From Promethearchaeia archaeon (GTDB lineage: Archaea; Asgardarchaeota; Lokiarchaeia; Sigyniarchaeales; SOKP01): a stretch of DNA of 64,000 nt. Shown here piece after piece: positions 61,577 through 64,000 of this stretch. Each line of letters opens with the position of its first letter. Within the stretch, counting starts at the first letter, position 1. The notes beneath the pieces are model-generated. The model did not search any database. It was not told the DNA's origin and worked only from the letters and a program-made list of their open reading frames with translations. The stretch is from contig JAWOCD010000004.1 in the NCBI GenBank assembly GCA_046483985.1, forward strand, positions 1-64,000, read 5' to 3'. The position numbers and the translations under genes are program-made.

Positions 61577-64000
61577 CAGAATCCCCCCTCTTTAATTCTT
61601 CTAATGCTTTACAAGAATGTTGCTGGTACACCATTTTTTCTGGCTGAGTAAATTGTTTCGTCCGTTCAATTAATTCGTCCCATTTAATCAAATGACCGTC
61701 AAAAGCTGGACCATCAACGCATGCAAATTTCGTAACAATTTCCCCTTCTTTTATAAGAGAGAGTCGACATCCACCGCACATTCCAGTTCCGTCAATCATA
61801 ATGGTATTTAAGCTCACAAATGTGGGAACTTTCCCTTGCTTTTTCGTAAATTCAGAGGCATCCCGCATCATATGCTTACAACCGATAAAGTAACAGCAAT
61901 CAATTTCAGGATGCTCCTGAAAAATAACATCTAAACCTCGCGTGACTTTTCCTTTTATTCCTTTTGAGCCATCAGCAGTACAATAATAAAGGTCGTCGGC
62001 AATTTCTTGGAACTTATCTTGTAGGTAAAATAATAATTCATTCTTAGATTCTAATAAAATAAGTATCCGATTTCCCATCGATTTAAGGGCTTTCGCAATC
62101 GGATATATACCACCAATTCCGTAACACCCTCCGCCCAATAACACAGTTCCGTACTTTTTTATTTCAATTTCCTTGCCCAATGGTCCGACGACACTATAAA
62201 TCGAACTTCCTTCCTTTACGTTCTTTAGTTCCTTGGTTGAGAACCCAGCCTCTTGATAATAGACCGTGATTGTTCCTTCTGAGCGATCCCAATCCGAGAT
62301 AGTGAGCGGTATTCGTTCGCTTCTTTCTGTAGTCATTATGATTAAAAAGTTCCCGGGTTTTGCCTTATTGGCTATTAACGGAGCCTCGATGGTTAATTTA
62401 TAAAAATTGGGAACAATTTCATAGTTAGTATGGATCTTATATGGATAATCAATGTTTTCCTTAGCAGTTTCTGATTCCTCGGGCTTAGCGCCTTTTTCTG
62501 ATCGAAATTCAATCATCTGCTTAAAATCGGGAACTTCTTCGGTTATTTTTCTGCCTCGGTAATCAAAGTTTTCAAACTTACTCAGAGTGCTGGCAGAATT
62601 TGAAAGCATCTCGATTTTTTTAATATCAGCAGGGACATAAATATTGAAAGATGAATCTAAATCTTCTCGTGAATCAAAGATATTTGAAAAGTTAGGATAA
62701 TCTTGAGTGATTTGGTCTAAAACGGCTTCTGGATTCTGGAAAGTTTCTTCAGTTTGAGCCTTCAAGATCTGTTGTCGAAGGTCTTCTAATATGCGCCAGT
62801 CCTTTTTCCGTTGATTATCTAAGTTTTGAGACGTGTGAATTGCTTGTAACCGCCTTCCGGAGTTTAAAAATGTGCCCTCATCCTCTGCAAACGAATTAGC
62901 GGGAATCATAATATCTGATGATTCTGAAATTTCTGAATCAAAGGGAGTCTGCGTGATTAAAAATTCTACTTTCTCTAATACTTCTGTACGTTGAATTGAT
63001 TGGAAAGTATAAAGATCGGTAATTTTCCCTTTAGTAATTCCGTCAAATATTTGGTTGCGCTCCATTACATCTAAATATTGGGCAAGAATCTGATAAACAC
63101 CCTCCAAATTTGTTTCTCTCCACAACGGAAGAAGACCTAACACTGGTACAAAGATGCGAAAATTAGAAATTAATCCGAGCAATGTCTCATAGTACTCTGT
63201 GGAGCAGTCAGAGAAATGCCCCATAATAGATAAAACTTTTCTATCTGCTTTTTGTGCTCGAAAATGATGTAAAATTGTAGTTAAAATAGCCGTATTCTCT
63301 TCACTAAGGTCAAGGTTCTCGAATTTTGCCTTAAACTCATCAATATTTTCTAAATTACTTATATCTTTATCTTGGATTTCTAGAGAATTCAATAATTCTT
63401 TCGTCAGAGCAATAAATAATTCTAATAAATCTGATTTATTAAGAATAAACTCATCGGTCAAAAGTCTCTTAAGTTCAACAGATTGGCTAAACGGTTCAAA
63501 ATTAATCGCGAAGATTTTCGCGCCGTTATTTTTAGCCCTTTTAAGATGGACTTGTAAAACGGGATGAGTTTCTTGTATATTGGTATTTATTAAAAAGATA
63601 GTATCTGAATTTGGTATATCTCTAAACCCAAATCTTTGAAGAAGATGAGAGGAAGTGTGAAGGAAATTATAATAAGCTTTAATAAAGTGCAAATTAGCAT
63701 TAATTGTGATGTTTTTTATGTTTAACTGAGCAGCAATCTTTTTCAAGAGATATGCGGACTCATTAGTCATAAAAGGTGATGCAACAAAAGCCATAGAGTT
63801 TGTTTCGATATTTGCTAATTTTTGTCCCAACTGCCTAATCACGCTTTCCCAATCTACAGGAATTAAAGTCTCCTTCTTTCTAATCATAGGATAATCTAGC
63901 CTCTCTTGGCTGCCGATAACTTGTGGAGTACAAAACCTCCCAACTACACACGCTTGTCCTAAAGTTGAGCCATTCTTTTTCGCGGGAATAGACTCCACGA
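61569..64000 (-). CDS. Fusion of a NuoG/FdhF-like molybdopterin-oxidoreductase domain with NfnA; 5'-partial (runs off the window)
   Basis: CVVGRF, RLDYPMIR, TNESAY, AEDEGTFLN..RR.Q; then PGNF, ERIPLTI, GPLG, MIDGTGMCGGCR, CVDGPAF. Confidence 0.8.
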   Translation of the reverse strand, partial: VESIPAKKNGSTLGQACVVGRFCTPQVIGSQERLDYPMIRKKETLIPVDWESVIRQLGQKLANIETNSMAFVASPFMTNESAYLLKKIAAQLNIKNITINANLHFIKAYYNFLHTSSHLLQRFGFRDIPNSDTIFLINTNIQETHPVLQVHLKRAKNNGAKIFAINFEPFSQSVELKRLLTDEFILNKSDLLELFIALTKELLNSLEIQDKDISNLENIDEFKAKFENLDLSEENTAILTTILHHFRAQKADRKVLSIMGHFSDCSTEYYETLLGLISNFRIFVPVLGLLPLWRETNLEGVYQILAQYLDVMERNQIFDGITKGKITDLYTFQSIQRTEVLEKVEFLITQTPFDSEISESSDIMIPANSFAEDEGTFLNSGRRLQAIHTSQNLDNQRKKDWRILEDLRQQILKAQTEETFQNPEAVLDQITQDYPNFSNIFDSREDLDSSFNIYVPADIKKIEMLSNSASTLSKFENFDYRGRKITEEVPDFKQMIEFRSEKGAKPEESETAKENIDYPYKIHTNYEIVPNFYKLTIEAPLIANKAKPGNFLIIMTTERSERIPLTISDWDRSEGTITVYYQEAGFSTKELKNVKEGSSIYSVVGPLGKEIEIKKYGTVLLGGGCYGIGGIYPIAKALKSMGNRILILLESKNELLFYLQDKFQEIADDLYYCTADGSKGIKGKVTRGLDVIFQEHPEIDCCYFIGCKHMMRDASEFTKKQGKVPTFVSLNTIMIDGTGMCGGCRLSLIKEGEIVTKFACVDGPAFDGHLIKWDELIERTKQFTQPEKMVYQQHSCKALEELKRGDSDE

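Overview
AT-rich archaeal chromosomal window, most likely an Asgard archaeon of the Lokiarchaeia type. This is inferred from an archaeal uS10, an archaeal-type SRP RNA, longin-, RING- and Bud23-like eukaryotic-signature proteins, several PAS histidine kinases and Zn-ribbon membrane proteins. It holds about 50 intact CDSs (central and redox metabolism: gdhA, NfnAB-like pair, argF, mtnA, ICDH/IPMDH, HAD; glycan enzymes GH28, GH38-like, GH172; two-component proteins), one SRP RNA and two decayed pseudogene patches (~2.4-6.9 kb, ~12.0-13.9 kb). I found no tRNA, rRNA, CRISPR array or intact transposase. Main discovery: a 30-nt hairpin insertion (48366-48395) with two in-frame stops splits the Rossmann motif of an otherwise intact WecC-like nucleotide-sugar dehydrogenase. 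It folds as a bulge-helix-bulge whose canonical cut sites restore GMGY|VGIP exactly, making it a candidate EndA-spliced mRNA intron. Other highlights: (i) an unannotated 42-aa, 10-Cys repeat peptide (RiPP precursor or metallothionein) 6 kb from an RRE-rSAM-SPASM maturase; (ii) a family of ~47-bp single-hairpin IS200/IS605-type elements that insert at stop codons and regenerate them; (iii) an activase-glycyl radical enzyme fusion; (iv) a circularly permuted metallophosphoesterase; (v) a Bud23-like methyltransferase; (vi) a NuoG/FdhF-like-NfnA fusion. All calls come from motif recognition by eye; no searches were run.
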